Shown here: piece by piece, positions 47,301-59,880 of the stretch
Numbering within the stretch: position 1 is the first letter of the stretch
How the letters are laid out: each line of letters opens with the position of its first letter
Assembly (NCBI RefSeq): GCF_048593235.1
Contig: NC_133622.1
Location: 247,322,055-247,386,054, forward strand
Origin: Sminthopsis crassicaudata
Taxonomy: Eukaryota
Length of the DNA stretch: 64,000 nt
Direction of reading: 5' to 3'
The notes under the pieces: generated by a model
What the model was told of the DNA's origin: nothing
Seen by the model: only the letters and a program-made list of their open reading frames with translations
The model's database searches: none
Position numbers and translations under genes: made by a program

Positions 47301-47900
47301 CGATCTCGAGGCACCCGGTCCCAAGTCAGCTCCTCGGCCCCCTCCCTCTCCCCTCTCGGGTCAGTTTCCTCCCCTTTCCCAGCCTCGGCCCAGGTCAGTT
47401 TCCCCTCCCGAGGAGGCCCCCGAGGGGCGGGGCCCCAGAGCCGGCGGCGGGGGCGGAGGGGCTGGGCGCTAAGACCCTGCGGGTCGGGGGCGGGGCGTCC
47501 CGGCCGGGTCCCTCCCCCGCCGCCCGCCTGCTCGGGCTCCATTGTCTGCTGGGCTCGGAGCGGCGGCGGCCCCGGGCTGGGGGCCGGGCTGGCGGCGCGG
47601 TCGGCGCTGGAGCGGCGCCCCCTGAAGCCTGCGCGGGAGCATGGGCGCCGGCAGCCCCCGAAGCGCTCCTCCGCGGGGCCCCGGGCGTCCCGGGCTCGCC
47701 TGCCTCTGGCTGGCCCTGCTCGCGTGGAAGACTGTGCGAGGTGAGGGGGCCCGGGGGGCGGAGTGGGGCTGCGGGACGGGGGCCCCAGAAGACGAGGCTC
47801 GGCTGCGAGTCCGGGGAGCGCCGCCCGCCCCACCCCGACCCGCGGCCGGGACCCCCCGGGATCCGGGGCTGGGGCAGCTTCCATTCTTCCCCGGGACCTC
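47300..47900 (+). promoter_or_regulatory. TMEM132A CpG-island promoter and exon 1
   Basis: CpG-dense, with GC boxes (GGGGCGGGG) around the first coding exon. Confidence 0.7.
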
Positions 47901-50900
47901 GCTGCCCTCCGCGGCTCCCACCTTCCTTCCCCTTCATGCCTCCGCCCTCCCGGGGTCCTACCTCCCCCCGGGACCCCCCTTCTTTCCCCCCGTAGCCCAG
48001 CGTGCCGGGCTCTGCCTTCTTTCCCAGCGTTTGCCCCCCTGCCCGGCCGCTCAGGGTCCTCCCCGGGGCCGGCTCCTGGATGCCCCCGCCTTCCCTCCTG
48101 CTGCATCTCCGGGTTTCTGGCCTCAACTTTCCCGTCTGCAGTAGCCGGGCTCGCGGCTTCTGCCCTGCAGGTCCCGCACTCTCCCCGGACGTTCCTCCGT
48201 CCTGGGCGCCCCTGGTCCTCCGAGGAGAGGGGAGGGGATCATGGCCGGGCCCTCACCCACCTGTGAGACAAACGGGGCCGAGGGGATGCGGGGGACGGGC
48301 ACTTGGGGAGCTGAGTCCTGGGGAAAGCCCCCGGAGCCCGGCTGGAGGGCCGGGAGGTCCCGCACGGCCGGCGGCTCCGGGGCAGACGGAGGCAGGAGAA
48401 TGGCCCCGGCCCTGGGGGGGGGCAGCCGTTCCCCACGCGGCTGCAGGACCCGGACTCTGCTCCCGACGCCGTCTCCCTTCCCCTTGGGGGGCCCAGGGCT
48501 CCCTCGGACCTGGGACCCAGCAACCAATCCTGCCCCCCCCCAAGCCTTTGAAAATGTTCCACCCCCTCCCCTAGGAGGATCCTCCCCACAACTTGCCCCG
48601 AGCTAGGGACAGCGGCACTTATTAGCCCACTTTACAGATGGGAAAGTCGAGGCTCAGAAAGCCAGGGAGCTGCCCACGCAGCCACGTGATCCAACCTGCC
48701 TCCGAACCATTCCCTGAAAGGGGCGGGGCGGGAAGGCTCCAGGCTGGAGGAGCTCTCCCACTTTTCTTCGCATCCTTAGGAAGTTTTTCCTCAGTCTCCC
48801 CCTTTGTCGCTTCCACCTCCTTCCCTCACCACAGCTTCTGCACACATGGAATAGGGGGAAGGAGTCCTCCAGCCCTTGGAGACAGCTGTTACCCCCCCCC
48901 TACGTCCCCCCAGCCCCCTCTCCTGGTCAGATGTGGGGGGGGGGGCTCAGGCTCCGCCTCCTGCTGCCCCACCCTGGTGGTTCTCCAGCACACTCCCCCC
49001 AGGCCTGGCCCCCCCTCCCCCAATCCTGGGCTCTTAAAGCTGCTTAAATTACACCTTCCTTGGGGAGGGGCCATATCTCACCAGTGACTTGCCTTGAGTC
49101 AGTGGTCCACTAAGACCCTCAGATACACCGACATGTCTCTTTTCTAGCCAGTAGAATCCGTCTCGCGACCCTGGTTTCTTGACAACCCCCCCTTCTGGGA
49201 GGGCAGGCGGCCGGCCTTAGGAGAGGGGGGCCCTCCCCTCTCCCTTCACCCGACCCTTGCCCTGGGGCCTGGGTTCCTGCCCTGTTCTGGGCCTGTTTCC
49301 TTGCCTAGTGAGGGAGAGGTGATAGCTTCACTGCCTCCCTGCGGGCCAGGAGGGGTTGTGCAGGGATGACGATCGGCCCAAAGAGAAGGGCGCCAGGACC
49401 CCGGGAGCCTTCGCAGCTCGGCCAGAAGAAGCGCAGCCGGGGGCAGGGAGAGCGCGGGGGAGAGGAAGCGTGGCCCAGGGGCTTCCACTGCTCGCTCTGA
49501 GTGGGCTGCCAGGTAGCGAGCTCGCGTCAGTGGCCGCCCACAGCAGGAGTCACAGATGGCAGGCCCGCACACCTGCACCCGGCCAAACCTCCCGTTGGCT
49601 TCCTCAGCCCCCTGGCTCTTTCCCCCTTTTAGGGAGCGGGGACGCCGAGCCCCCTGACCCCGTCTACCTGCCGGCCACTCTGGAGCTCTTGGACGCCCCG
49701 GAGTACTTCCGCCTGCAGCAGATCGGGCGCTACCCTCCTGCCAACTCCTCCCTGGGCTCCCGTTCCGAGAGCTTCCTGCTCCTCCACCCTCGCCCTGGAG
49801 CCCAGCCCCTGGTCCGGGCATCCTACCCACCCTTTAGCGCCCAGCAGGTGAGGAGGCCGGCCCTCGGGGCTCCCGCAGGGCCGGCTCGGCGCCCTCCCCA
49901 TTTAGCAGAAGTAGGCACGGAGCGGGGCTGGATCGGGAGGAGGCGCCCCCCCCCCCCCCGGCTTTGGATGGGTCCCCCGTGTCCGGACACCAGTTTTCTG
50001 CTGGGTAGAAGGGAGACAAATGGGCCGATGCTTCTCGAGGTCCCCCGGCCCCCTGAAATCCTGTGACCCTGCTGTTCCGTGCCTGGTCTGGCTTCTTCCC
50101 CTCCCCCCACTCAGCCTCTTCTCTGCCCCTCCAGGTGGTGCCAGCCTGGGCCACGGAGCCCAGGGCTCCGCTTGCCACTTGGGACGTTCGGGCTGTGTCG
50201 GTGGAAACCGTCCTCACCCCTGTGGAGCCTCATGCCCGGGTCCTCTTCTACCTCAAAGGGCAGGACTGGCAGCCCGGCCCCCGCAATCTGCCCTGTGCCC
50301 GGCTTCATGCCATCCACCCTCTGGGCACCATACACCGGGCTTGCCGCTTCCAAGTGAGTAGCACGGCTGGGGGGGTCACCAGGGATGGCAGAAGTGGAAT
50401 AGCAGAGAGAAGGTCCTTCTGGGGCTGGGAAGGACAAATGGACGAATGGGTGATGGGGATCAGGCCCCTTCCTGCAGCAAAGCTGGGGGTCCCTGACAGA
50501 CGGGAGGCTCAGGGGGAAGCCTGGGTGAGCTCCGGGCTCCGGTGGGATCAGGCTCTGGGCTCCGGTGGGATCCGGTGCAGAACCCGGGCCTCCAGTGGGA
50601 TCTGGTGCAGGGCTCTGGGCTCCGGTGGGATCTGGTGCAGGGCTCCGGGCTCCGGTGGGATCCGGTGCAGAACCCGGGCCTCCAGTGGGATCTGGTGCAG
50701 GGCTCTGGGCTCCGGTGGGATCTGGTGCAGGGCTCCGGGCTCCGGTGGGATCCGGTGCAGAACCCGGGCCTCCAGTGGGATCCGGTGCAGGGCTCTGGGC
50801 TCCGGTGGGATCCGGTGCAGGGCTCTGGGCTCCGGTGGGATCCGGTGCAGGGCTCTGGGCTCCGGTGGGATCTGGTGCAGGGCTCTGGGCTCCGGTGGGA

Positions 50901-53900
50901 TCCGGTGCAGGGCTCTGGGCTCCGGTGGGATCTGGTGCAGGGCTCCGGGCTCCGGTGGGATCCGGTGCAGAACCCGGGCCTCCAGTGGGATCTGGTGCAG
51001 GGCTCTGGGCTCCGGTGGGATCCGGTGCAGGGCTCTGGGCTCCGGTGGTATCTGGCTCCGGGATCTGGTGGGATCAGGCTCTGGGCTCCGGTGGGATCTG
51101 GTGCAGGGCTCTGGGCTCTGGTGGGATCTGGTGCAGGGCTCTGGGCTCCGGTGGGATCTGGTGCAGGGCTCTGGTGGGATCTGGCTCCGGGATCTGGTGG
51201 GATCAGGCTCTGGGCTCCGGTGGGATCTGGTGCAGGGCTCTGGGCTCCGGTGGGATCTGGTGCAGGGCTCTGGGCTCCGGTGGGATCCGGTGCAGGGCTC
51301 TGGGCTCCGGTGGGATCTGGTGCAGAACCCGGGCCTCCGGTGGGATCTGGCTCCGGGATCTGGTGGGATCAGGCTCTGGGCTCCAGTGGGATCTGGTGCA
51401 GAGCTCCGGGCTCCGGTGGGATCTGGCTCCAGGCTCCAGTGGGATCTGGTGCAGAGCTCCGGGCTCCGGTGGGATCTGGCTCCAGGCTCCAGTGGGATCT
51501 GGTGCAGGGCTCTGGGCTCCGTTGGGATCTGGTGCAGGGCTCTGGGCTCCGGTGGGATCAGGCTCTGGGCTCCGGTGGGATCTGGCTCCGGGATCTGGTG
51601 GGATCAGGCTCTGGGCTCCGGTGGGATCCGGTGCAGAACCCGGGCCTCCGGTGGGATCTGGTGCAGGGCTCTGGTGGGATCCAGCACAGAGCTCTGGCCT
51701 CCTCTCCGCTCCCGCAGCCATCCCTGGGGGCATGTGTGGTGGAGATGGAGTTCCCTCGGCGCTGGTTCTCAAGCACCGCCACCACCAAGGCCGAACTGGC
51801 CTATACCTTGGAGCCGGCAGCCGAGGAGCCCGGGCAGTGCTCTCCGGCAGGGGAGGGGGCCCCCCCAGCCCGCCCCCTGCCCGTGGGCTGGGTCGAGATC
51901 CAGCAGGCCGAGCCCCCTCGCCAGCAAGAGGTGCCCCTGGATGCCGCCGTGCGCCTTCGAGTGTCCGATGCCGCCGTCAGGGCCGGGCAGCCCTTCAACT
52001 CCACCATCCTTCTGAGGAACAACTTCACTGATGGCTCCTTAACCCTCTGGTGAGTCATCGAGGTCCCCCGCCCCTTCCTTTGGGCCAGCCTTCCCCCAGC
52101 CATAAGCGACCAGACAGAGGGGAACTGACCCATCAGCCCCCTGGGGACGAGGGCTGCGTTCCCGCTTGCCCATCTACCCCCATCCCTCCAGGACAGCTCA
52201 CTCAGGACTCGGCTCGCTGCCGACACAGGTAAGTGACTGATGGGTGCCCCCCCCGCCCCCTGCAGGATCAAGGTGAAGAAGGGGCTGCAGGTGACAGCCG
52301 CCCGCCCCGCCCACCCCTCCCTGTGGACCGCCAAGCTGGAAAAACTCAAGGGCTCCAAGCATCCCACTCTTCTCGTCACCTGCCAGCGCACTGGGCCGGT
52401 GGGGCTGGACGGCAGGTAGGACCGGCCCTCCATCCCCAAGGGAGCCGGGGGAAATGGCGAGCTGTGGCCGCCCAGCAGACACGGGGAGTGGCGGGGAGTG
52501 GCCGCCAGGGCCGGGGGTTTGAGGACGTCGGTGCCTTTCACCAGAGCAGGAAAGCTGGGCAGAGGGACGAGGGCTGGGGCGTGGGAAGCCAAAGACCACG
52601 AGCTTTGTTTCAGATCTGTGGAGTTTGAGATAATTGTCCCAAAACTGAACACTGGGGAGCAGAGCTCAAGGGACAGACCGAGGTGGGCTCAGTGGCTCTG
52701 GGTGTCCCCTGGTTAGCCAGAGTTGTGACCGTGTCAGGGCTGAAGGATCCTAGAGAGAAGATGTGTCCTAAGGGGTCTGGGGGCACATGTGGCATCCAAA
52801 AGGGGGGCTGAGGAAAAGGTCTGGCAGGAAAGCAAGAGCCGGGGAGACGCGCCAGGGGGAGCCGGGGCGGGGGGGGGGGTAGGTGGGACCAGGGGGAGCC
52901 GGGGCGGGGGGGGGGGTAGGTGGGACCAGGGGGAGCCGGGGCGGGGGGGGGGGAGGTGGGACCAGGAGGAGCCTGGGGGGACCAGGTGGAGCCTGGGGGG
53001 CTAGGAGGAGCCAGTGGTATTCTGGGCTGCAGTCTGCCCCTGAGAAGAGGCCATTGGCGCTGACTGTGGATGAGGGCTCTCAGTGGCGTGACCAAAGGCA
53101 GGTGATAGACTAGGAGCAGAGAGGGACCCTGGCATGGGGGACTCGAGTCTGTGTCTGGGAGGGACTTGGAGCATCCAGGATTCTGGGGGTGCCAAGGGCT
53201 CCCGAGGGGCGCAGATGCGGGCATTCGAAGGCAGCAGGAAAGGTGCCTGCACAGGGGAGTGACTGGAGATTAGAGGAAAGGGAGGGGGATGGGATGGGAA
53301 GGAAGGCTGCCTGGAGCAGGGGGCCAGCCTATGAAGGGGCAGGGCTGCTGCTGGGAGAGCGGGGGCTGGGATCCAGAGTGAGGAAGGAGGTGCAGTTGTG
53401 GGAGAGAAGCCATAAATGGGCGATGGGTCGAGGTGCTCTCTAAGCGCCGGAGGTCCCCGCTCCCCGCTTCTTCCTCTGGCTTGACTCTCCTCCCCCTCCG
53501 GGAAGCCTGCCTGGATTCTCCGAGTTCCTGTGGGTGGACTTTGTGGTGGAGAACGGTACAGGAGCTGCGTCGTCCACTCGTCCAGTCACGTGGCAGCTGG
53601 AATACCCGAGCCAGGTCCCAGAGGCCAAGAAGGAAAAGATGGTGTGGGAAATCCTGGTGTCCGAACGGGACGTCCGCGCCCTCGTCCCCATGGCAAAGGT
53701 ACCAGTCCGGAGGTGGGGTGCCTTGGGCCAGAGCCTCCCCCCTTACTGGGACACTCCAGGGGATCCCCGGGGCTTTAGGGGCAGCTAGAAAGATGGATGC
53801 CAGGCATCTGCGGGGGTAGATTTCTCGGGAGTATTCTGCGAGAATTTGGGGGGGCAGAATTCAGTGCCAAGCCCCCTGGGGTTGCCAAGGTGGCATCAGG

Positions 53901-56900
53901 AGTGTGTTGGGCCTTCGGGACTCCTTATGTTTGTAGAGCTTCCATCTGTGTGCGGCATGTGGGTCTCCTACTCGAGGAGGGCTCTGGGCCCAGTGCCAGT
54001 GAGTGCCAAGTAACTAGAATTCCCCAGAGGCAGACCCCCATCAGAGTGTCACCTGGAACTGAGGATGGGCGTAGGGACCTTGGCCAGCTGGCACTGCCAA
54101 TGGATAACCCACGTCCTTCCTGCCCTGCAGACCGAGGAGCTGGTGAACACCTCTCCCCTGACTGGCATTGCCCAAAGAGTGCCCATCCGCCTTGTCACCA
54201 TAGCGATGGGGGGAGCCGTGACAGAGGTCACTGAGCAGGTGGGCTGCGAGTCGGCCAACACGCAAGTCCTGCAGGTGAGTGGCTCGCATCGCCCTCTGCC
54301 CCCGCCCCTTCTGCCCAAAGCTCACTCTCAGGCCCACCCAGAGATGAGGCTCCTTCCCTCCTCTCCCGGACAGAAGGACCCTTCCAGGGTGGGGAGCCCT
54401 CCTCCTCCCCAGACGTCTCTTCCACCCTTGGACGGCTCCGAGCACGCCTCCCTGGCTTCTGGGGCTGCCAGCTGGGGTCAAGCAGAGCAAAGCTGACCCC
54501 TCTCCCAGCTGGGGGGAGGAGGCAGCTGGTAAAAGAGGTCTCTTCCTCCCGGTTGTGCACCCCGATTCTCCGGCCTGGGAGAGCACGGCATACGGGGAGA
54601 GAGCTGGGTCGGAGCGCCGGTCCAGGCGCTAGTGGTGTGACCATGGCCAAACCAGGTCCAGGCGCTGGCAGCATGACCTTGGCCAAACCAATCAACTTTG
54701 GGTTTTTGGGGGGTTTTATTTATTTCTTTTTTGTGAGGTGATTGCCTGGGGTCACACAGCTAGAAACCAGTTAAGTTTTTCAGGCCTCAGTTTCCTCAGT
54801 TTTAGAATAAGGGGGTTGGACCAGATGGGCTCCGGAGCCCTTTCACACATGCTTCTATGGCCTTCGGATCCTTCCATCCTCGTCCCCCTGCTTCGACGCT
54901 GCCCAGACCCTCTGCACAAGGGCAAGTTCCAATGTGGCGTCCAGAGCTCCCACTAGCGGGGATTAGGCCCGAGCTCTGGGTAGAGAGCCCACAGTGGTGA
55001 CCTTCAGCCAGAAACAGTTTGGTAGAACGGCCGCCTCTTCCTGGGCTGCACCCCTCATTTATGAGCCTCAGAGAACTCGTCTGAACATTAGCCTATGTGA
55101 AACGTGATTAAGAAGTCGGGGTGCAGAGGGCGGGCAAGGAGACACTCTGGGAACGAGGGGGTGTCAGGAACCACAAGGCCTGGGCGGAGGCTGGTCTGGG
55201 CCACTCTGTACGGTCACCTTCCCTCCCCTGCCCCAGAAGCTACATTTCCTCCCTCGAAGGAAACTGAATGTCTCCGAGGAGCTTTCCTGCTGATCTTAGA
55301 TTTAGAGCTGGAAGGTTTCCAGAGATCACTCGTTTTACAGCAGGGGAAACTGAGGCAGGCAGCCTAAGTGACTTTCCTAGTCAGCCAGCTAGTAAGTGGA
55401 ATTCCCACTCGAGCGCTCTGTCCTTTGCGTTTTGCCATCCATCAGGCTTGGAGGAAGGCACTTTTGCCATGCCCCCCTCTGAACACGGGGACGAGCTGGT
55501 CCCCCCCCCCTGCCCCTCTCCTGTAGCCTGAGGTTAGACTGGCGGGTCTCTCGCTCTAACCCAGCGGACCCTCGCCATGCTTCCTTGCGCCCGCCGGGCT
55601 GGGTACAGGCTGCCCTCCTGAGCGTTCTGCCTCCCCCCAGGTGTCGGAGGCCTGTAGCGAGGTGTTTGTGGAAGGCAAGGAGAGCCAGGGGAACCGGGGC
55701 GTGCAGGTGGACTTCTGGTGGCGCCGTCTGCGAGCCTCCCTGCGCATGACTGTGTGGGCCCCACTGCTGCCGCTGAGGATCGAGATGACGGACACCACTC
55801 TGGAGCAAGTCCGAGGCTGGAGGGTCCCCGGGACGGCCAGTGGGTGAGTTGTGGACCTGTCTCTCCGGGGCGTTTCCGGGGCCAGCTTGGAGCTCCGTGC
55901 TGGGTGTGGGTGTGGGAGGGCCCTTCCTCGGGCTCCTTGGCCAGAGCTTCGGCCTGTTGTGGCTACGCAGGAGAGGCCTTCTTGGGAGCCCCAAAGGGGC
56001 TTCTGGTTGCTCTGCCTCTGGTCCGGCTGGAGCCCGAGCTCCCTTTCGATCCTGCAGCCTTCCCCAACATCCTCGTGGACGTGCTCCAGATTCTCCCCAT
56101 CCCTCTTAGCCAGGTCCCAGAGTGACCTTGCACCTTGGGATTCCCCTCCAACTGGCAAGCCTGTGATCCTGCAGCCTCAGGGACTCTCCACCTTTCATGG
56201 GTGTGAGGTGCTGGACTCCTTGGGCAGTCTGGGAAGCAGGGGGGGCCCTTCTCAGAGCCATGTTTTAAAAGGCACAGATTAGACTGCTTAGCACTAAAAA
56301 GAAACCAGTTCTGTGACATGGAGTTATCAGATGTTCCTTTAAGCTTAAGCAACTCTGGATTCTTCTGGGCCAACCTGCCGGGAACAGGACAGAGGGTCAG
56401 TGAAGAGCCGGGGAGTAGATACTATCAGGGGACGGGGTCAGGGTGTCCTAGAATGGTTTAGTTAAAGAGCGGCCTGCAGAGTGGTCAGAGGCAGGGAGTT
56501 CCAGGTCGCCCTCCTCCACTGACCGCTTTGTCCTTGGTAGTGCCCCGACCGAGCCCGAGGAAGGAGGCGAAGAGGCGGACCGGCGGGCCCGGAGCTGCCG
56601 GCTGCAATACCAGCGTGCTGGCGTCCGGTTCCTCGTTCCTTTCGTTGCCCATCCTCAGGATGGAGGCCGCCATCTTACTTATCTCCTGGGGCCCGATTGG
56701 CTACTGGATGTGACTCATCTCGTGGGACCCCATGCCCGTGTCCAAGACCCCCGCGTGGCCACCCTGGAGGCTGGCAGTGTACTGGTTGGCCGGGAGCCAG
56801 GGGTTACTTCCTTAGAGGTGAGAGGGAGTGGAGGGAGAGAGGATGGAACCAAGGCAACAGCTGACAGGGATGGAGGAGGGCCTTTGGAGCCCATCCCCCT

Positions 56901-59309
56901 TCAGCTCTACTTCCTGCCATAGGTCCGATCGCCCGTGTCCGACTCCATCCTGGGAGAGCAGACTCTGTCCGTGACCGATGAAAAGGTGTCCGTGCTGGAA
57001 CTTCGGGCACAGCCGGTGATGAGCATCTCGCTGGCATCGAGCCGGGGCACCATCCATCCTGGGGAGATCACGGCGACCTGCTGGGCGCACACAGCTCCGC
57101 CCGGCTCCAAACAGGTGAAGGCCAGGGGGGGAGATGGTCCTTGGATGGGCAGAGTCAACCTCCCCAGAGGGAGACAAGGCCAGGGGCTCCAGAGAGAAGG
57201 GTGGAGGTGGGAGAGAGGGAAGAGGGAGGCCTCCAGTGACCACCAAACCAAAAGGCTCTGCATAGCCCCTGGCCAGGGGGCTGAAGGCTGGGCCCAGGCT
57301 CCCCATGGAGTATTGAAGGGCTGAAAGCTGGCCCCGCCCCCTGTGGAGCATAGTGTGGGGGGGGGGCTGGAGGTTGGCCCCGCCCCCTGTGGAGCAGAGT
57401 AGGGGGGGCTTAAGTCTGGCCCTGGACCTCCTGTGGAGCATAGTGTGGGGGGGGCTGGAGGCTGGCCCTGGGCCCCCTGTGGAGCATAGTTGGGGGGGGC
57501 TCGAGGCTGGCCCTGGGCCCCCTGTGGAGCATAGTGTGGGGGGGGGGCTTAAGTCTGGCCCTGGACCTCCTGTGGAGCATAGTGGGGGGGGGGAGCTGGA
57601 GGCTGGCCCCGGGCCCCCTGTGGAACATAGTGGGGGGGGAGCTGGAGGCTGGCCCTGGGCCCCCTGTGGAGCACAGTGGGGGGGGGGAGCTGGAGGCTGG
57701 CCCTGGCCCCCTGTGGAGCATAGTGGGGGGGGGGAGCTGGAGGCTGGCCCTGGGCCCCCTGTGGAGCATAGTGGGGGGGAGCTGGAGGCTGGCCCCGGGC
57801 CCCCTGTGGAACATAGTGGGGGGGGAGCTGGAGGCTGGCCCTGGGCCCCCTGTGGAGCATAGTGGGGGGAGCTGGAGGCTGGCCCCGCCCCCTGTGGAGC
57901 ATAGTGGGGGGGAGCTGGAGGCTGGCCCCGCCCCCTGTGGAGCATAGTGGGGGGGAGCTGGAGGCTGGCCCCGCCCCCTGTGGAGCATAGTGGGGGGGAG
58001 CTGGAGGCTGGCCCCGCCCCCTGTGGAGCACGGAGGGGGCTGGAGGCAGGAGGCCACCTGTGGAGCATAGTGGGGGGGGGGGAGCTGGAGGCTGGCCCCG
58101 CCCCCTGTGGAGCATGGAGGGGGCTGGAGGCAGGAGGCCATTAACCCCGCGGCCTCTCTCCCTGTTTGCTTCTGTTACTGTCTGGCCTCTTCCATGTGTC
58201 TGCCCGCCTGCGGGCGGCGTCTGTGTCTGTCTCTTGTCCCACTGTGCCCCTCCCTGGCCCTGCAGGCGGTGGCCTTCTCCCTGTGGCTGGCCTTCTCCGA
58301 CCACACCCTGGCTCCGGCCGAGCTGTTTGACCGCAGGGACTTGGCCCTGTCGGTCTCCACCGAGGAGCCGGGAGCCTTCTCTCCGGCCGTCGCCAGCAGG
58401 GAGCCAGGGGACTTCTTTGGGGGGCTGGTGAGTGGAGGAGGCGAGGAGGGGGCGCCCCTGCAGGTGGGCCTGCACTCCCCCGAGGCCTGCCGCCGGGGCA
58501 AACACCGGCCCCCGCTGGCCTCGGCCACGGCCTGGCTGGGGCCGCCCCCAGCGCCCCCTCAGCAGCACGAGCAGGTTCCCCCCGTGGCCTCCGCTCCCCC
58601 GGTCACCGAGAGCCAGGGTGGGGGCGGGAGGCGCCAGGGCCCGGAGGACGAGGGGGGGATGAGGAGCAAGTTTGAGCACGTGGGGGAGGAGCCTGAGGAG
58701 GAGGAGGAGGAGCCTGAGGAGGAGGAGGAGGAGATGGTGAGGGCCCCTCAGCGCGTGACGGACCTGGAGCTGGGCCTCTACGCCCTGCTCAGCATCTTCT
58801 GCCTGGCCATCCTCATTTTCCTTATCAACGGGGTGGTCTTCGTGCTGCGCTACCAGCGCAAGGAGCCCCCCGACGCCCCGGCCTCCGGGGGTCCCACTTC
58901 CCCACCGCCCCACAACTGGGTCTGGCTGGGGACGGATCAGGAGGAGCTGAGCCGGCAGCTGGACCGGCGACCCCCGCGGGAGGAGAGGCCCCCGAGCCCA
59001 GCCGCCCCCGCCTTGGGGGAGGGGGGCTGCCATTGCGAGGGGGGTGGCGGCTTCGGCGGCCCGGACCCCGCCCCACCCCTGGGCGCCACCCTGCCCCGGA
59101 AAGAGCCCGGGGGCCGGAGGAAGCGGGTGGAGTTTGTGACCTTTGCAGCGGCGCCCCCGGCCCGGCCCCCAGAGGAGCCTCCGGCCCCGGCCGTCCAGTC
59201 TATTCTGGTGGCCGGGGAAGACGACATCCGCTGGGTGTGTGAGGACATGGGCCTGCGGGACCCGGATGAGCTGAGGAGCTACATGGAGAGGATCCGGGGC
59301 AGCTCCTGA
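47641..59309 (+). CDS. TMEM132A: Transmembrane protein 132A; 11 exons, 1022 aa
   Basis: Exons 47641-47740, 49633-49847, 50135-50353, 51718-52049, 52266-52415, 53506-53698, 54131-54274, 55641-55843, 56541-56817, 56923-57114, 58266-59309 (3069 nt, in phase). Diagnostic DPVYLPATLELLDAPEYFRLQQ, TM segment LELGLYALLSIFCLAILIFLING, KRVEFVTF, and terminal YMERIRGSS. Confidence 0.97.
50525..51690. repeat. 30-bp minisatellite, about 38 copies, in TMEM132A intron 3
   Basis: Unit GGGCTCTGGGCTCCGGTGGGATC(C/T)GGTGCA with variants. Confidence 0.95.
57325..58135. repeat. ~40-bp G-rich minisatellite, about 20 copies, in TMEM132A intron 10
   Basis: Unit GGAGGCTGGCCCCGCCCCCTGTGGAGCATAGTG(G)nAGCT with a variable G run. 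Confidence 0.95.
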
Positions 59310-59505
59310 CGCCCTGCCCACGGCCCCTCCAGGGGCGCGGGGCGGAGTCGCAGAGAGCTCCGCCCCTGATTCAGACCCCCCCCCCTTTCCCCCCCCTCCC
59401 CGGGCCGGCCCGAGCTCTCGAGACCCCTGCCGCCTGCCCCCATCTCCACCCCCTCCTCCTCGCCGCAGGGCGGGGAAGGCCTCTGCCCTTATTTATGACA
59501 AATGT

Positions 59506-59511
59506 TTTATT
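59506..59511 (-). terminator. SLC15A3 polyadenylation signal
   Basis: TTTATT on +, about 345 nt downstream of the SLC15A3 stop. Confidence 0.7.
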
Positions 59512-59526
59512 CTCTGATTGGGTACA

Positions 59527-59532
59527 AATAAA
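59527..59532 (+). terminator. TMEM132A polyadenylation signal
   Basis: First AATAAA downstream of the TMEM132A stop at 59309. Confidence 0.75.
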
Positions 59533-59553
59533 AGGAGATGGAGCCCGAGCAGT

Positions 59554-59880
59554 GGCTGCGTGTGGCGCCCTCAGCCGCCTCTCTCCCGGGGCTGCGGGTG
59601 GCGCCCTCATCCGCCTCTCCCCGGGGCTGCGTGTGGCGCCCTCATCCGCCTCTCCCGGGGCTGCGGGTGGCGCCCTCAGCCTCCCTCTCTCCCGGGGCTG
59701 CGGGTGGCGCCCTCAGCCTCCCTCTCTCCCGGGGCTGCGTGTGGCGCCCTCATCCGCCTCTCCCGGGGCTGCGGGTGGCGCCCTCATCCGCCTCTCCCGG
59801 AGCTGCGTGTGGCGCCCTCATCCGCCTCTCTCCCGGGGCTGCGGGTGGCGCCCTCAGCCTCCCTCTCTCCCGGGGCTGCG
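59554..59880. repeat. 33-37-bp minisatellite, 9 copies, forming most of the SLC15A3 3'UTR
   Basis: Unit GGCTGCG(T/G)GTGGCGCCCTCA(G/T)CCGCCTCTC(TC)CCGG. Confidence 0.93.

Noticed and set aside
50063-52053. 650-, 503- and 488-aa ORFs
   Set aside because: These are real TMEM132A exons 3 and 4 joined by a stop-free 30-bp intronic repeat, not separate genes.
56812-59321. 418-, 243- and 590-aa minus-strand ORFs
   Set aside because: They are explained by the ~40-bp minisatellite and the antisense of the GC-rich last exon of TMEM132A.
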